64,000 nucleotides of DNA from Candidatus Omnitrophota bacterium (GTDB taxonomy: Bacteria; Omnitrophota; Gorgyraeia; 2-01-FULL-45-10), in contig JAZDOS010000042.1 of the NCBI GenBank assembly GCA_043798375.1, positions 5,037-69,036 on the forward strand, given 5' to 3'. The first letter of the stretch is position 1; each line of letters starts with the position of its first letter. Positions 1-15,000 of this stretch are shown piece by piece. The translations under genes and the position numbers were made by a program. The notes beneath the pieces are model-generated. The model made no database searches, was not told the origin of the DNA, and saw only the letters and a program-made list of their open reading frames with translations.

Positions 1-3000
1 GCCGGCATACATACGAGCTGCCTGTACCCGAAGCCAGATATAAATATACCGTAACAAGAGATTTTGACCGGGAGAAACGCGCGATTATTACCACCGGCGT
101 GGAACGCACGGTGATGTACGAGAAGGACAGGCTTCTTTTTAAAGTCTCGACGGACCTGATAAAGGGCGAGACCGAGGTCATAAGGCTCTATAAGTCAAAA
201 GAAGTGAACGGCGTTACATATAACAATGTCTATGAGACATTGTTATATGACAAATCCGGCAAAGAGATATTCCGCAAATACCATAAGATAACTTTCGACA
301 GGCGTTATAGAGACAGGGATATATGGACGTTCTTGTGGTCGAAGGGGGAGGTGCGGGATAAGGTCCATAATTATAAAGATAATACCGACAGGCTGGTAGT
401 ATACCTCCAGACAAAGGAGATAAAGCTGACGCCGGAATCGACAAGGATCGTCACGGAAACGAAGGAATGGACGGATAATGAAACCGGCTTAAGCCATTTC
501 GTAAAGATAATCACGACAAAAGACATGTTCGGCAATGTCATCAAGATAGATTCCGAATGGCGCGCGAAAGATCCCAAAAAAGGCGATATATGGAGCGACA
601 TGGGAAAACCCATGGAATATTATTATGAGATCATAACCGCCGAAACGAAAGAGCTTAAAAGAAACGGGAGCGCGGCGGCCGTCGTATACAGCGACGCAGA
701 AGGAAATCTCTTTGCCAATTTCGCCAAAGGGCCCCACGGCAGGCCGCGGAACGGCGTAGCGATACCAAAAGGCGCCAGATGGATAGTCCAGACGAAGCGC
801 GACACCGTCCGGCGCGAAGAGTCGTTCGGCATATATGACGCTTACGCCAAGCCCGTGTATCAGGATATCGATACCGGTTACTTCGGGAATGGTTTTGTTA
901 ACCAGGTATTGATCTATGATCCCGAAAATTCCACGATGGAGGAACACGCGCTTTTCAGGGAGAAGGACGAAGATAGGGGCACGGATAGAGAAATAGACAT
1001 ATTAGATAAACATTCCACGAAAGTCACCTATCACAATTCAGAAATAGCGGACACATGGCTTCTTTTAAGTGAAATATCGAAGAAGAGGATGTACTGGACC
1101 GAATACGAATATGATATCGATAGGGCGCTCAGCCGCTCATACGCCGGCGATAAGCCGGTCAGGAGCAGGACTTATGACTTACTGCTGCCGGAAGGCCGGA
1201 AAAGCAATAAGATGGAAAAGGGCGCCTTGATCGAAAATATGGCCTATATTTATGACGGCAGGAGCCAGAGCCGTCTTATCATAGATTTGAGCGATCGGCG
1301 CGGCCCTGACGGAGCGAAGATCGCGCCGGAAGAGCCTTTCAGGGAAGGCGAGGTTGTGACAGGCCTTATTACCCCTCTCGACATAGAGACTCTATGGAGA
1401 GAGGCGGAAGAGTTCGAAACACAAAAATGGAGGGCGCCTATTATAATAGGTAAGGACGGCGCTGTATGGATAGATACGGTCAAAGGCTCGCTTGTTGTCT
1501 ACAGGGTGCGGCTCGACCCCAATTTGTATGTAACGGTCCATCTTGAAAAGGGCCCTGCCGGAAAATATTCCGTGAAGAAGGCGTATATAGGCAGGGGCGT
1601 ATATGAATTCTATGGAGTGCACGGCAAAAGAAGGGTAAGAGAGCTGTTCAGTATCGACGAAAAGTTCATAAATATAAATCCCGGTACCGGCTCATGCGAA
1701 GTTGACCGGGATACGGGGTATGCGGTCATAATAAATCCCGAAACCAAAAAATCGGTAAAGGTTGATATCACGAAAGACCTCGGCGATATGGCGCCAGCCA
1801 TGTATCTCTATGATGCCGCCGATCCGAGCCTCGCATACTGCATACCGCTTACGGGCAGCGACTTTGAAAACGGCTATTTTTATCTTAACAGGATGCTTCT
1901 GGCAGGCGGTAATAAGCCGATGGCGAGGCTGAAGCTCGTTCCCGGTTCCGGTAATACGCGTCAGGACTTCGCGAAAATACAGGAGAAAGTCCGTTCCGAC
2001 AAACCGAGCGCCGAAGTGACCGGTCTTCCCGGAGGATTTGCCCGCGTGGATTGGATATACGCCACGCCCGAGCCGCCGGCAAGTTACAGGGATACCGGCT
2101 TACCAACGGTCGTCGCTATTACGGGAATCGAACAAGGCATAAAGGCCGGCAGGACAAAATTATACGCAAGCCCGATTGATGAAAATACGCAGGAAATCAG
2201 TAAATCGCTCGGCACAAGATATTTAGTCAGGAACAAATCCGCTCGCCGCATGTCGCTAAATACGCAGGGAATTGAAAAGATCGGTTCGCTTAAGAATGCG
2301 CGGACCGCCGGCGGCGTGCCCATCTCAGCATTCAGCGGAGTTCAGACGATGCCGGTTGAGGAAGATGTGCATTGGGAGAAGACGGATGTAACGGAAGAAA
2401 ATATATTGCCCTTATCGCAGGAGACAGGCGAACACCTGACGCTGAACGACAAGGGGAGCAAGGTTGTCCAATACTACACTCCGGATGACAGGCGGCTTAA
2501 GACCGAATATGAAATAGGCACGAGTAAAAACGCGATGAACCTTGTTTTGGGCGCCTTGAGCGGTTTAAAGGATCCTATTTTTAAAAGTAAGGCGGATATA
2601 GAAATTCTGGATTGTATTTATACAACCGCCAGGACGAATAGCCTGAACAGCATAAAGAAGCTGAGAGAATTTATCATCAATGCCATTGCCGTAAAGGACG
2701 CTTTTGAAAAGGTAACCGGAAAGGTACCCGTGACAGCTGAGAGCGCGGGTAATATCCTATATTATACAAGAGCGCTGATGATAGGAGATCCGCTTACAGG
2801 CGAGATCGCGGTAAGGACGGCCGATGATATGAAGAGTTTTGAATCCAATCTGGCTGCGTTAAGCGACGCCGTGCTGAAAGCTTTCAAGAACTTCGACAAG
2901 GAGGCCAAGACGCAAAAAATGAGAGATTTCATCGGCTTTGACACGGACGAAGGCAAATTTGTTTTAGGTAAACTTGTCCATTGGGCGAAGAACAAAAAAG

Positions 3001-6000
3001 ATTTTGTTTTTGAGGATTTCCTGGCCTCGTTTAACGGTATAATACGATATGAAAAAGAAGTGAATGATTACTTTAAAGCCAGGTATGCCACGGCGGCTCA
3101 AGAAGGAAAAGCTGCGAAACTGCCCGCGCAGTCGCGATTCGAGATCTTCGCCGACAAGATAACCAGCTTTGCCAGCCAGACCGCAGGCCTCTCAAGCGGC
3201 GATAAAAAAACATTTCTCGAAGTTCAGACGGAACGGCTTGATAAAAAAGATTATAAGAAGACGCAGGAAAAGATAAAAGCAAAGACACGATTTGCGCCTG
3301 CCTTAAAATGGCTCGGCCTTCCGGCTGTCATATTCGCGCTGATGGGAAATGCCGGTTACGCGGCGGATATCGCCGCGAAGCCGATAGCGAATGTTATAGA
3401 TATTCCGGGCGATATCATCGGCATATTTACCCATGCCCCGTATTTTTCACTTGCAGTAGCGGGCATATTGATAGCGGCCTTGATTTGGAGGATTTATAAA
3501 ACCGGGATTGATGAAAACAGGTATTGGAGCACAAGGCAGCAGCTTTACGCCTGGAAAACTCCGCCCCGGCAGGGACAGCCTCTATGCAATCCAAATCCCG
3601 CGTATGCGCGGATGTGGGATGAGATGGGCGCGGGTATTGCGGAGATGCGCCGGGCCATGTGGGATATATACAGGACGCTTGAGCCTTTCAGAGTTATGTT
3701 CTATGAGCCGAATTCGCCGTTATACGGGCGGGACACCGGGCCTCATATACCGGCATATAGATATGGTCCTTGGACATTCCTTACTTTTGCGGCCGGCGCC
3801 GGGTTAACAGTTGTCAATATCTGGAAGGCGGCCCAGACAGGATTATCGATAGGATACGGGCCATGGATATGGATTTTGGGGGCGGGCCTGATGCTGCTCT
3901 CCTTGATTAACGGTTATAAATTTATAGCCGATATGGCGCTGATTATCAGCCCGTCGTTGAGGCAAAGACGCCGCATGTTGGCTCTTCAGATAATGGAAAG
4001 CGAGATTGCGGTGCAAAGGCGGTATTTTACCAGCCTGATCAATAGCGGCGGATACGGATTCACAGCCGATCAGTGGCGCGAACTGTTGAAATTTCCGGCC
4101 CACGTTCCTTTTGGCGAACCGGATGATCAGAAGGAAATCAGGACTCAATACATATCGTTTATGGAATACCTTGATTACTGTGACGAATGGGTTAAATTCC
4201 TGAAGGAACGCAAAGATTACAGAGTATTCGCCAGGCTTCAATATCCGCCCGACCAACAGCGCCACGACGTAATGCCTACATTCTACACACAGGGACCGGA
4301 ATATTATATGGCGCATACCCCGGGTATAGCGCCGATAACAACAATCATGCCTGGGAATGAACAGGACCATCCGGGCTATCCTATAATAGGCGAAGCAGAC
4401 GCCCGGAACGGGTTCAGGCGGTATGCAAATACAACGAGACTGCCTATTCCGCAGCTTGGGCGCGTAAGAAACCCATATGCCGACCCCGTAGAGCCGCTTG
4501 TGCCGCTTAACAATATTTACGTCTATCTGGCGCATATAAGGGAAAGGGCCAGGCAGGCGAATGCGCTAGGCAATATAGGGCTTGTAACAGAACGCGAAGA
4601 GGTGGTCGCGGAGCTTTCAATCGGAGCGGTAAGCGGGCGTTACGGCCCCGGCCCGGAATCTACAAGTTACCCGAAACTTTTCTGGAAAAGGCATTTATGG
4701 CATAGCATGATATTCTTGGGCGTGGCGGCCGCGATAACGAAAGCCGCTTACGGATTCAGGCTTCATCTTGCCGCGCTGAAGATAGCCGAGGACATGCCTA
4801 TCATGACTCCGATGGCATTTACATCCGCGGAGATAATCGCCGCCGTTATAGGATTCCTGACGATTGTGGGAATATTCAAATATTTATTGTTCGGCGCCGC
4901 TTCCGCAGAGAGGCCGAGGCGGATAATGGCCCTGGGCGCTCTGGGCGGCATCGGCTATTTCCTCTATTCATACTGCAGTGAACCGATTATTAAAATCGCC
5001 AGGCTCTTTGACCGGATTTTACCTGATTCCGCGCATAATATATTTGACTATCTTGCCCAGCCTCAGGTCTTACCTTATACGATAATTGTTCTGGGCGCGG
5101 CAGCCGCAATCATCGGGATTTATTATCTTGTCGTGTCTTCCGGCGAACAGAGTAATGAGGTACGGGATCAGGATATTCTTGACCATACGCCGGACCATCT
5201 ACTTAGAGGAATATTGAACCGGGCTATCCAGGACGCTATAAACGAAGGCAAAGACAGGAACCTGCCCGGTATAGTACGAAATAGGCCGGCCGGCCGACGC
5301 CTGATCGGAGACAATGAGGATGTCAGGGCTATCTTCAGGGAAATCTCCGGTTCGTATAAAGGTTTGAGCAAAGCCTCAAGGCTGGTGAGGAATGAACCGC
5401 TGTCCGATTGGATTACTTACAGAATAAGAATGTCTTCCAGGACCGGCGAGGGGCATGCCCTTGCTTCTGTCATGGAAGTGGCAGATATTGTCAATAACGT
5501 CCGCGAAAGAGGACGCATAATACAGGTTCTCGCCGCGCACGGCTTCAATGTACAAGGCCTGCCGGCCGATCCTCCGGTGGACCGGCGAAGCGGCCGCGCG
5601 ACGAACATGGATATAGCAGAGAGGCTGACACTTGCCGACATGGATAGGATAGTAAACGACCCTGCCATAGCGCACGAGATATTTGAAGCGGTCGTTCTGA
5701 TGGATACGGTTTTCGGAAATGCGGCGGCGCAGGTCCGCGCGACACTCGAAAGCGCAACGAACAGCTATCATGGCCGTGTTGACATAGCATTGTCGATGGA
5801 CGACGATGATCCCGGGGTTGACGCAATCCGCCAGGCCATGCAGCCGGGCGGTATACTTGCCCCTTACGCGGATAATATCATAATCTATACGGGTTCAAAC
5901 TGGGGGTCTAACCTTGGCAAGAACCAGAGGAAGGCGCGCATGAAACCTGTCCTCGACGTCGAAACTGTCAAGTACCTCAAGAAGATTTACGGCGAAAGAC

Positions 6001-9000
6001 GCGCCGCATGCCCCGACTATAAACTGCCAGGATTTGTTGAGCTTGTCGACCAGGAAGACAGGCTAGGCGCGCTTCTCTTAAAGTCGAAGACGCTTCTGTG
6101 GAAGATGTATGACCGGACGGTCAGCGATGAGATTGCCGGCCGAAGGAACAGCGGTGATCGAAGAAGATGGGGGATAAAATTTAACGGCCTTGGCGGAGCG
6201 CAGTGGAAACTGCGCCTTACATATTATCTGACAACGGCCAGGCTTAGAATAGCTGCGTGGGGCGCCGCCCCCGACGCGGACGGAGACGCCCGTGAACGCG
6301 CGGCATTTATGCTCAATGCCTTCAGGCAGGTTTACGCGAACGCGGACTATTTTGCCGAGTCGGAATTCAGGACAAGGAGCGTTCCCGCCATTATTCAATC
6401 GGAACTAAGGCTTGTTTCCGACAAGAGCCCGGCGCATGCCTACATGTCCCATTCGGATTATCTCTTATGGCATACGAAGATACAGGTCGGCCAGACTAAC
6501 AATGGATTTCTGTTCCTCGGAGGTACCGGAAACGGTTTCCTGTGGGATATGATAGCCGGAGAGGAGCTTGATGGAAGCGGCAGAGCGCTCTGTTATTTGA
6601 ACGACAGGGCCAGGCTGCAGGACATGTTATTTCCGTTGAGGCAGAATATCGAAAGGGAAGAGACGAGGATGGCGGAATTTTACGCGGGCTTTCCGCTGCC
6701 GATAAGGCTCATGTTTCACATTATAGTGCATCCGATAAGATCAATATTCGATCCTTCCGTAAAAAGAACGCGTGTTCCATCAGGACTTTTAAGAAATTAT
6801 CTGAATACCTATAACATAAGCGGAGCGTGGGATCTTTACAACATAATCGAAGACTCGGAACTCGGAAGACGGCTCCCTCTGTATCAACTGAAAGCTACCA
6901 GGCTTGTGGGGCCTTTTACGCAGATACTCGAAGACCTGTTGCCGGTCATGGGCGCTCCATGGTGGCGTCAGCGCTCAAGGTGGATAATAATGCAGACCTT
7001 TGCCGTTACTATAGCGCACCCGGCGGCTTTCTTCATGTTCTTTGGCCAGTATATCGGTTTGGCTCTCGGCTGGATGATGTTTGGAAGCGCCAACGGTTTT
7101 ATTTTGCAGGGGCTTGGCGCGGGTCTCGCCGGCTTCGTTATAGGAGGTTTCGCCTTCTACTATATAGGGCATATCGTAAACGGGCTTCTTATATTGGCCG
7201 GCTGGAAAAGGAATGCCCAATGGCAGGTAGACCCTGTCAAGGCCATGGGTTACTGGAGGTTTCAACATGTCGCGCATCTCGCGGCCGCAACGCCGGCCGT
7301 TGTAGCCACAACTTTAACGCTTATACTTACCATTCTTTACGGTATAGCCACGGTAGGAAATGTTCCAGGGCTGGAATTTATGGGCGGCGGGCTGGGCGCC
7401 TTTATAGTGGATGCCGTCAGGTTCCTGCAGGTCTATGTTCCTTTTGTGAACGGCTGGCTTCCCACAGTATTTATAGGAGCTATCGTATTCTTTATCCCTC
7501 CGTTTATGCAGGTTATCCAAGGCATGATCGCTACTCTGCAATATGATATACAGGATGAAGAATCGACGACCGAATCTATCAGGGTTTATCTGACAGAGGC
7601 CGGCGATACGCCCATGATAGGGATCGCGGACATGCATGCCGATACGATAAATACGAACATAGTTGTTCCCGGCCGCGTCATAGCGGGGCATTATTCCAGA
7701 TTCTCGGACGACGAATTCGTAATAAATTTCCTTAATATGTATATTCGAGAGGCCGCGGCAGCGTGTAACCATGCCGTTGTGGGTATGCCCAATAACGCTT
7801 TCGGCTGGGCCGACCTGAACAGAAACTGGAGAAATGGTTTAGATCCAGCCAATCCTGACCATATACAGATTTACAGGCGCGCGCTTACTGAAGCGATAGA
7901 TTTCGCGCACGGGCTAATAACAAAAATCCGCGGCGATGTCAGATTCTCCTGGAAATTTTTTGCGTTCGGCGCCGCGCTCTTTATCGTCAGCAATTACCTG
8001 ATGAGCACAGGCTGGTTCTACGCGGCTCTTGGAAACTACGCGCTGTGGACGGGTCTTGCGATAATGATAGCTGCAATCCTGACACAGGTCGTAAGCCGTG
8101 TTCCAAGGGCGCGCAAGAGCATCTATCGTTTGAGTTCCATCGGAAGAAGGCCCTACCATGCCTACCATTACTTCATAAGACAAATTTTAATGCTGCCGTA
8201 TTACATGAATCTCATAATTGCCGGCATCCTCAGCCTGTTCATGACCGTAGACAGGTATCAGGGGGAGAATTTCTGGACCAGAGGAAGGCAGGGCCTTCAA
8301 CCGCCAAGGTATGGCGAAAGAGGAAGCCTGCGGCAATACAGAAATATACTCTCAAATTGGTTAAGCACAAACTGGCTTATATTGGCGCTTCTATTTGTGC
8401 CCATCTATATTATAGTCGGTGACCCGATGGTCAAAGTTCATCTCAAACCTAAAATGATCGGCAGGCAGATTACGCTTGAAATAGAGAGGGAGTATCAGAA
8501 CCATATATCAGGCGACTATAATCTCGATTCGTCCGAGATATACGGCATTCTGCGCTCCGATCCTTATATATATGTCCAGAACGGATGGGTTGAAGGCAAG
8601 ATAAAAGTTTTTGACGAATACCTCGCCAACCACATCCGGAGCGGCAACGCCGAATCTCTCAAGTCAGCCGAGACGACACTCGCGTGGATCGTCGAGGGTA
8701 TAAGAGCCGGGCAAGATTATATAAAATCTGAAGGCGGCGATGACGCCGAGGCCATAAAAGGATTCGAAGAGCTTGCAGAAATTTTCTTCGCGCTTTGCGC
8801 CAAATACAATATTCTCGACCTGTACTATCAGGTGCTTCCAGCCAAACCTGAAGTTATCGACGCCGCAAAATTCAAGATAGAGACGGACAACGCGGAAGCC
8901 AGGATAACAAAGACAGGTAAAGACGGTTCTTTTGAGCTTAAATGCTCGATCGATGGAAATGTATCCGGGAACGCCGGCTATGTTATAGTGAAGGCGGATC

Positions 9001-12000
9001 TGCCGGACTCGGTGGATATGGCCGGTAAGGAATTTATCGTGGATTATGGTATTTCCGGCGGCCAGATCGGAAATAGAACCATCCAATCGATGGTAATTGA
9101 CGGAAATGGAAACACGTATTTCAACCCTCTCTCGAATAAACTTCTGAAGGATAGCGCGAGTGTCAGGCCGGAAAAACAGCCGGCCGAACAATGGCTGAGC
9201 GAAAAAGACAGAAGCAGGGTTTTTAACAGGCAAAACATAAGAACTGTTCTTATAAAGATCGGCGGAAATGCGGCTGGAGATTGTCCAAATCTGGTAATTA
9301 GATTTGGAGCTCCGAGAATCCAGATAAGGCCTTCCTTCGTAACCGGTATAGGCAGCCCTGATATAAAATCATCGATGAACAGGGCTGTTGAGCAAAGAGC
9401 GGGCAAAGCGAAAAAAGCCCGTAACCTCGAACCCGTAAGGCCGCTCGGAATATTGACCGGAGGCCTGGCTGTCGGAAGCTTGATAGGGTTGGGCATTATA
9501 ACGTTGTTAAACACTCATGCCGGGGCGAATATCAATCCCTGGCTGTCTTTGGGTATAGGGCTGGGGTTGTCAATCGCGGGATTTATCATAGAAGCGTCGC
9601 GGCATTCAAGGGCGCGCATGAACAAACATAACGTTGATAGTATCCGAAAATCACAGGCCGGTTTTATGTATCCGAACGGTTGGGCTAAGTTCGGCGATTT
9701 TGACGAATTTGCGGCGTTGAAGCCCGTGTTGGAGTACCTCGGCATACCCGAAGATATGGTAAGGCCGTATACGTGGACAGCCGCCGAGATGCCGACAAAC
9801 TGGTTGACGGCATTCATGGAACTGTTCAAGACCTCGCCGCCCAGGATCGCGACGGTTAAAACCGAAATAGACGATGAAGGTAATGTCAGAAAATATATAG
9901 AAATAACCCCGTCTTTACTCCTTCCCGGAAATGAATTATATCTCGAACAGATCCTGCGTCACGAATTCGCGCACCTCGGCGGCGCCGGCGAGATCGGCGC
10001 GACATGGGCCGAGCGCGGCCTGTTGAGGACGATTTACAATATCCCGCCGCTCGTTATGGACGCGTTACTGCCCGGGGAAGAGGCGGGTGTATTCAATATC
10101 CCCGCGCCCGAACTTTTAGAAAAATTCAACCACGGATTTTTACTGAAACATGTGGGCAGGGCAACCGTTATCAGTATGAGGATAGGCCGCGAACTCGGCC
10201 TTTCGGAAGAGGAGATGAAGCTTCTGGAATACGCTTCCGCGCTTCACGATGTCGGCGGAGATCCGAGAGCCCTCAACGAAAAGAAATTCTCGGAATATTC
10301 GGAGCGCATCAAACAGGCAGCCGACGAAAAATCTATAAAGAAGGCGGCGGATAAATTGGTCGAACGCGCCGCGTCCAGTATGGGTATCGCGGTCCCCGAA
10401 GACATAGGAGCCAGATACGAATTATTCAAAACAGGGCTCGCGGCTATAGCGAGACTGAGCCGGCATGAGATCGCGCAAAACGAGGAGCTTCTTAATTCCA
10501 TATTCGATGTTCCGTCCAACACCCTGAAGATATTAAGGAAGAATAATATCGTTATATCCCCCGATCTCGAGGTTCTCTTGAAATATCACGCGGATTACGC
10601 GGGCTTTGTGAAAGATAAACCGGCCTTCTCGATTCCCGCCGACAGGATGAGGATGCTCCTGTCGATATTATATCTGACGGACATGTTCGAGCACGGCAAT
10701 AACAGGTTTACCCAGCTTGTCCAGAGAGGTAAGGATCGCGTGGAAAACTTCCCCGAGACATTTACCTTTATAGAGGGTATGTTCGCCGCGGCCGGGATGC
10801 TTGAACGGTGCAATCGCGAACCGGTGGACGCTCTCGTGAAACTGGTCCGTGCTGAGGACCCTGCGATCATGAAGGCAGTTACCGCCGCCCGCGAAACGGT
10901 CGAAGCCGGCGAGGCCGCTAAAATTTGCGAAACATTTAACCGCGCCAATATCATTCCAAGCTTCACATTGAACGCATCCAGGGATTTTAAAGACCAGGAA
11001 TCCGATTTCAGGAAGGGGCTTGAGGTTTTAAGGGCCATATTTACCGGCTCATCGGTAACCACCCAATATTCGTTCGAGGACCAGTGCAGGGACGAGCGGG
11101 AGCTGGCGAGAATAAAAAGCACGCCGGAATATCGCGCGGATAAAAGGACCTTCCACTTAAAGATATTAAATGATAAGAGAAGAATTGTCGATGGAAAGCC
11201 GAAAAGGTATGAGCTTAATCTTTCTTCACCGGATACGAAAGAACTTATAGAGAACAAGGGAAGCGTCCTGTATCAAATCGTTGAGGAACTTCAGCCCGAA
11301 TATGTGAGCGTCCATATTAGCGCTCCGATGGAAGAAAGGGAATTTGGCACTGATGACAGGCCATACGAAGTCGGAATAAGCCCTCTTCTTTCACGCGAGG
11401 AGGTGTTGAATCGGTTCGTTGACAGGATCAATACTCTTCAGGACAATTTAAAAACGATAGGCCATAATAATCCGGTTCTCGTCGAGTCCCTTGATTATCA
11501 CGACGCGGCCCTGACGAAAGGCGCGTACGAATATATCACCGAACCCGCGTTTATCAGGGAAGTGCTTGCGCGGACAGGCGCGCATTTCCTTGCCGACTGC
11601 GCCCACATGTATGTCTCGGCAAAGAACACACATTTAGGCCGGCCGGATTACGACTACATGGAATACGTGAAACAGATCATCGATGAAGATACCATAGCCC
11701 TTGTAGACGAAGCGCATCTGACCGTGCCCGCCTATGACGCGAAGACCGGCCAGTGGCAGGATGTCCATCTTCCTTTTTATACGGATAGCGTTGAGGCCGG
11801 GGACGTAAAGAACATTCTGCGTTACATATTCGAGCTTCGCGCGAAAAAAGGCATAACCAAACCCATAATCGTCAATTTTGAATCCGACTCAAACGAGACA
11901 GACATGAAGAATTCGCAGAAAGATATCACGGCGCTGGCCGATTTCTTCCGGCCTCATCAGAACGCACGGATGGCGATGGAATATGAAAGCATGAAGGATC

Positions 12001-15000
12001 TTTCTAATCCTTTTGACGCGGTAAAAATGCAAAAATCAAGGGGATTGTTTGAATGGGATGATGCGGCTGGTGCTTGGGATTGGAAACAGGGCGATGGCAT
12101 AACGCTCTTACTCGGCCTGCCGTTCGAAGGGCCGATCCAGCAAAATATGGGTGAGATTGAGAACGCCTTGAGCAGTTTAGAGCCGGACGCGAAAAAGCTT
12201 TACCTGATGAAGATAGAAAATTTCCACCTTACCGCCGCCGCCCTTACAGAGAATACTCTTGAGGTTTCACAGGATCCCGCGGTGGAAAAAGAAATATTGC
12301 GCAGATTGTCCGCGGTCCGCAGCCTCATTCAGGGCCAGGGAGCGGTAAAACTTAAATTCCATTACAAAGATCTCACTATTACGCCGGGCGGCGAAATAGT
12401 GGCCCTCGGATTTGTGGAGAACGACAATTTATTCGCGATAAGAGACAAACTGCATTTCCGCGGCATATCCTCACATTATACCGACATCGTTCATATGACG
12501 ATAGGCAGGATATTCGATGAAAATATTTCGCCGGAAAGGCTTGCGGAATACAAAAGATTGATTGAAGCTCTGCGAGAGAAAAAAGACGAGCGCGGCAATC
12601 CCGCCGTTTTAGCCGATTTAACTATCGACAACGCTAATCTTTGGGATCAGCGCGGTGCAACGAGCGAACTCAGGTACGGCAGAAGCCATTCTCCGATCCC
12701 GCTCGAAGCAAGGCCCGAGATTCAGCCCAACGCGCCGCCGATAGTCGTTAAAACTGCTCCACAAGTTACCATAGAATCATTCACGAGCGAGCGCGGCCCG
12801 TCTACGGCAATGGCTGTGGCCAGATTAAAAGCCAGCGAAGTGACGGTCTATCCAGTATTTCAACGGAATATAAAATCAAGCCGCGGAATGCAGCGCGATA
12901 GGGCTACGATGCATTTCGGCTATCAATTGGAAGGCGGCAAATTTCAGGATGTGGATGACGAAGCGCCGGATTATGAGCACGTAAGGAAAGATATATGGAC
13001 AATAGAGGAGCATCTTGCTGAATTCAGGAAAAAGCATCCGGATGTTGAGATAATAGGTTTTGTAGGAAACGGTAATATACTCGCGAATACGGGCCTTTCT
13101 GCAAGTGTAATGTGGGTTGAGAGAAAGCTATGGGCAACAGAACAGGAAAAAGAGCTTATATATAACGGCAATAGCAGAAACTACCCATCGCTGATATTAT
13201 GGAAGGAGAACGGCCGTTACAGCGCGGAGGAAGTTAAATTTACGCGCGAGGGAAGGATTATTCAGGCGTCCACCGATAAAGATATAACCGAGGACGTTAT
13301 CTTTACGAATTCGGGCGTAGGATTATTGAAACAAGGTCCCGGCCGGGAAACCGCACCATATGATCTTGCCGCGCACTGCTGGCACGACTCTGATGTCAGG
13401 CATTATCTGGATTTCCCTTTCAGAAAAACGAATACCGGTAAATATATTCATTTTGGAGTAGATCAATTCTACGATAGCAAAGGAAATGTTGTGACGGCGC
13501 TTCTATCTCCCGCAATAGACGAAGAGCCGATTACTTTAAAATTAGAAGAGAATAAAATACCGCTGGACAATTACGATATAGTGGCGCTGGAAGCGGGCCT
13601 TAAAGAGAAAGGGTATGAGCCGGCCGCCTCAAGAGACGAGGTAGCATACGGAAGTTATTTTATCGCTCAGGATCTCGGCGAAATCAAAATAGGGTTTTTT
13701 AGAGGCATAAATCCTCATAATATCTGCGGCGTCGATTCCAAGGGAAATCTTATATGGGTTATCGTATCCGGTAAATCGAACAGGATAGGTATTACATTCA
13801 AGGAGGCCCAGAAGAAACTGAAAGAGATGGGGGCCGCGAGCGCCGTCATATTCGATAACGGTGCCGACGCGATGATGAACATAGATAATTCCTATGTCAT
13901 TCCGTCTTTCCAGGGCAGGGATAGGATTCTGTCGATATTGGTCTTCGGCAAGCGCGCCCCGCCTGACACCCGGCCGCAGGCGCCGGCGGAGGCGGACTTT
14001 GCGGCCGCGAAATTCGAAGACGTGACTTTAAAAGACGGCTCGAAGTTCAGTTTGGCGTACCTTCCATGGAGAGGCAAATACAAGGCCGCGGCCGCGCAGG
14101 TGCTTGAAAAAAGACCGGATAAGACGCGGCCGATTTCACCGTATGATCATGACAAGGCTATTTGTCCGCTTTGCAGTCCGATCATTGCCGATGAAAAGGC
14201 GTATAACGGCGAAGGCCGTCAATATATTATCGTCGTCAACACTTCGCCGTTTGCCGAAGATCATGCGCTTTTTGCGTCCAGAGAACCGCTGCCTCAAATT
14301 ATCACTACCCCAAAACAGATAGAAGACATAGCGGGATACATGTCTGAAAAGGGTGAAGGGCGCGAAGCGATATTCAACGGATTTGATCCGAACAGGACGA
14401 GCCTGGCGCATCGCCATTATCACTGGCAGGTATTTAAAAGATCGAGCACGATATGGGAGAATTACGCGAAAGGCGTGTTAAACACCCGATATTCCGAAGA
14501 GGAAAGCACGAAAACAGTTCGGGTTGAATATAGCGCTAATAAGGCGTTTTCGGTCAAGATTGTCATCGGCACAGACATAAAAAAGATCAGCGAGATTTTG
14601 CTTAAAGATATCCGCGTCATCGAATCGAAGTCTCTCATACCGATGATAAATTTTAGGATAATCGACGGGAAGTACGCGTTCGCGTTACAGGCCGGAACAG
14701 AAGAAAGGCCCGCCTCTCTTGTACGGCTGGATGAAGAAAGCCATGCCGGCATAGGGGCCGCGGAACACTCAGGCTATATCATAACGGACACGGAAAAACT
14801 GTTCGATACGTTAAAAGATAGCCCCGAGCTGATAAAAAATATTCTGATTGACAGCCAAGCGCCGATCGAAGAAGTTCTCGGCTCCGCCGACACAAACCCA
14901 CCGGCCTTGCCCGGGACAAGGGGCCTCGAGCCTGTCGAAGGGCCGGCGCAAGCCATAAAGCAATTCAATGACATGGCGTCGGGCATAATGGATCGCGGTT

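Noticed and set aside
99-101. GTG 99 as the start of giant 1
   Set aside because: The frame is open to the window edge with no stop and no clear RBS, so the gene starts upstream.
1-2520. RHS/YD-repeat toxin region
   Set aside because: It is beta-rich with scattered YD/YEYD words, but I see no regular YD periodicity or RHS core motif.
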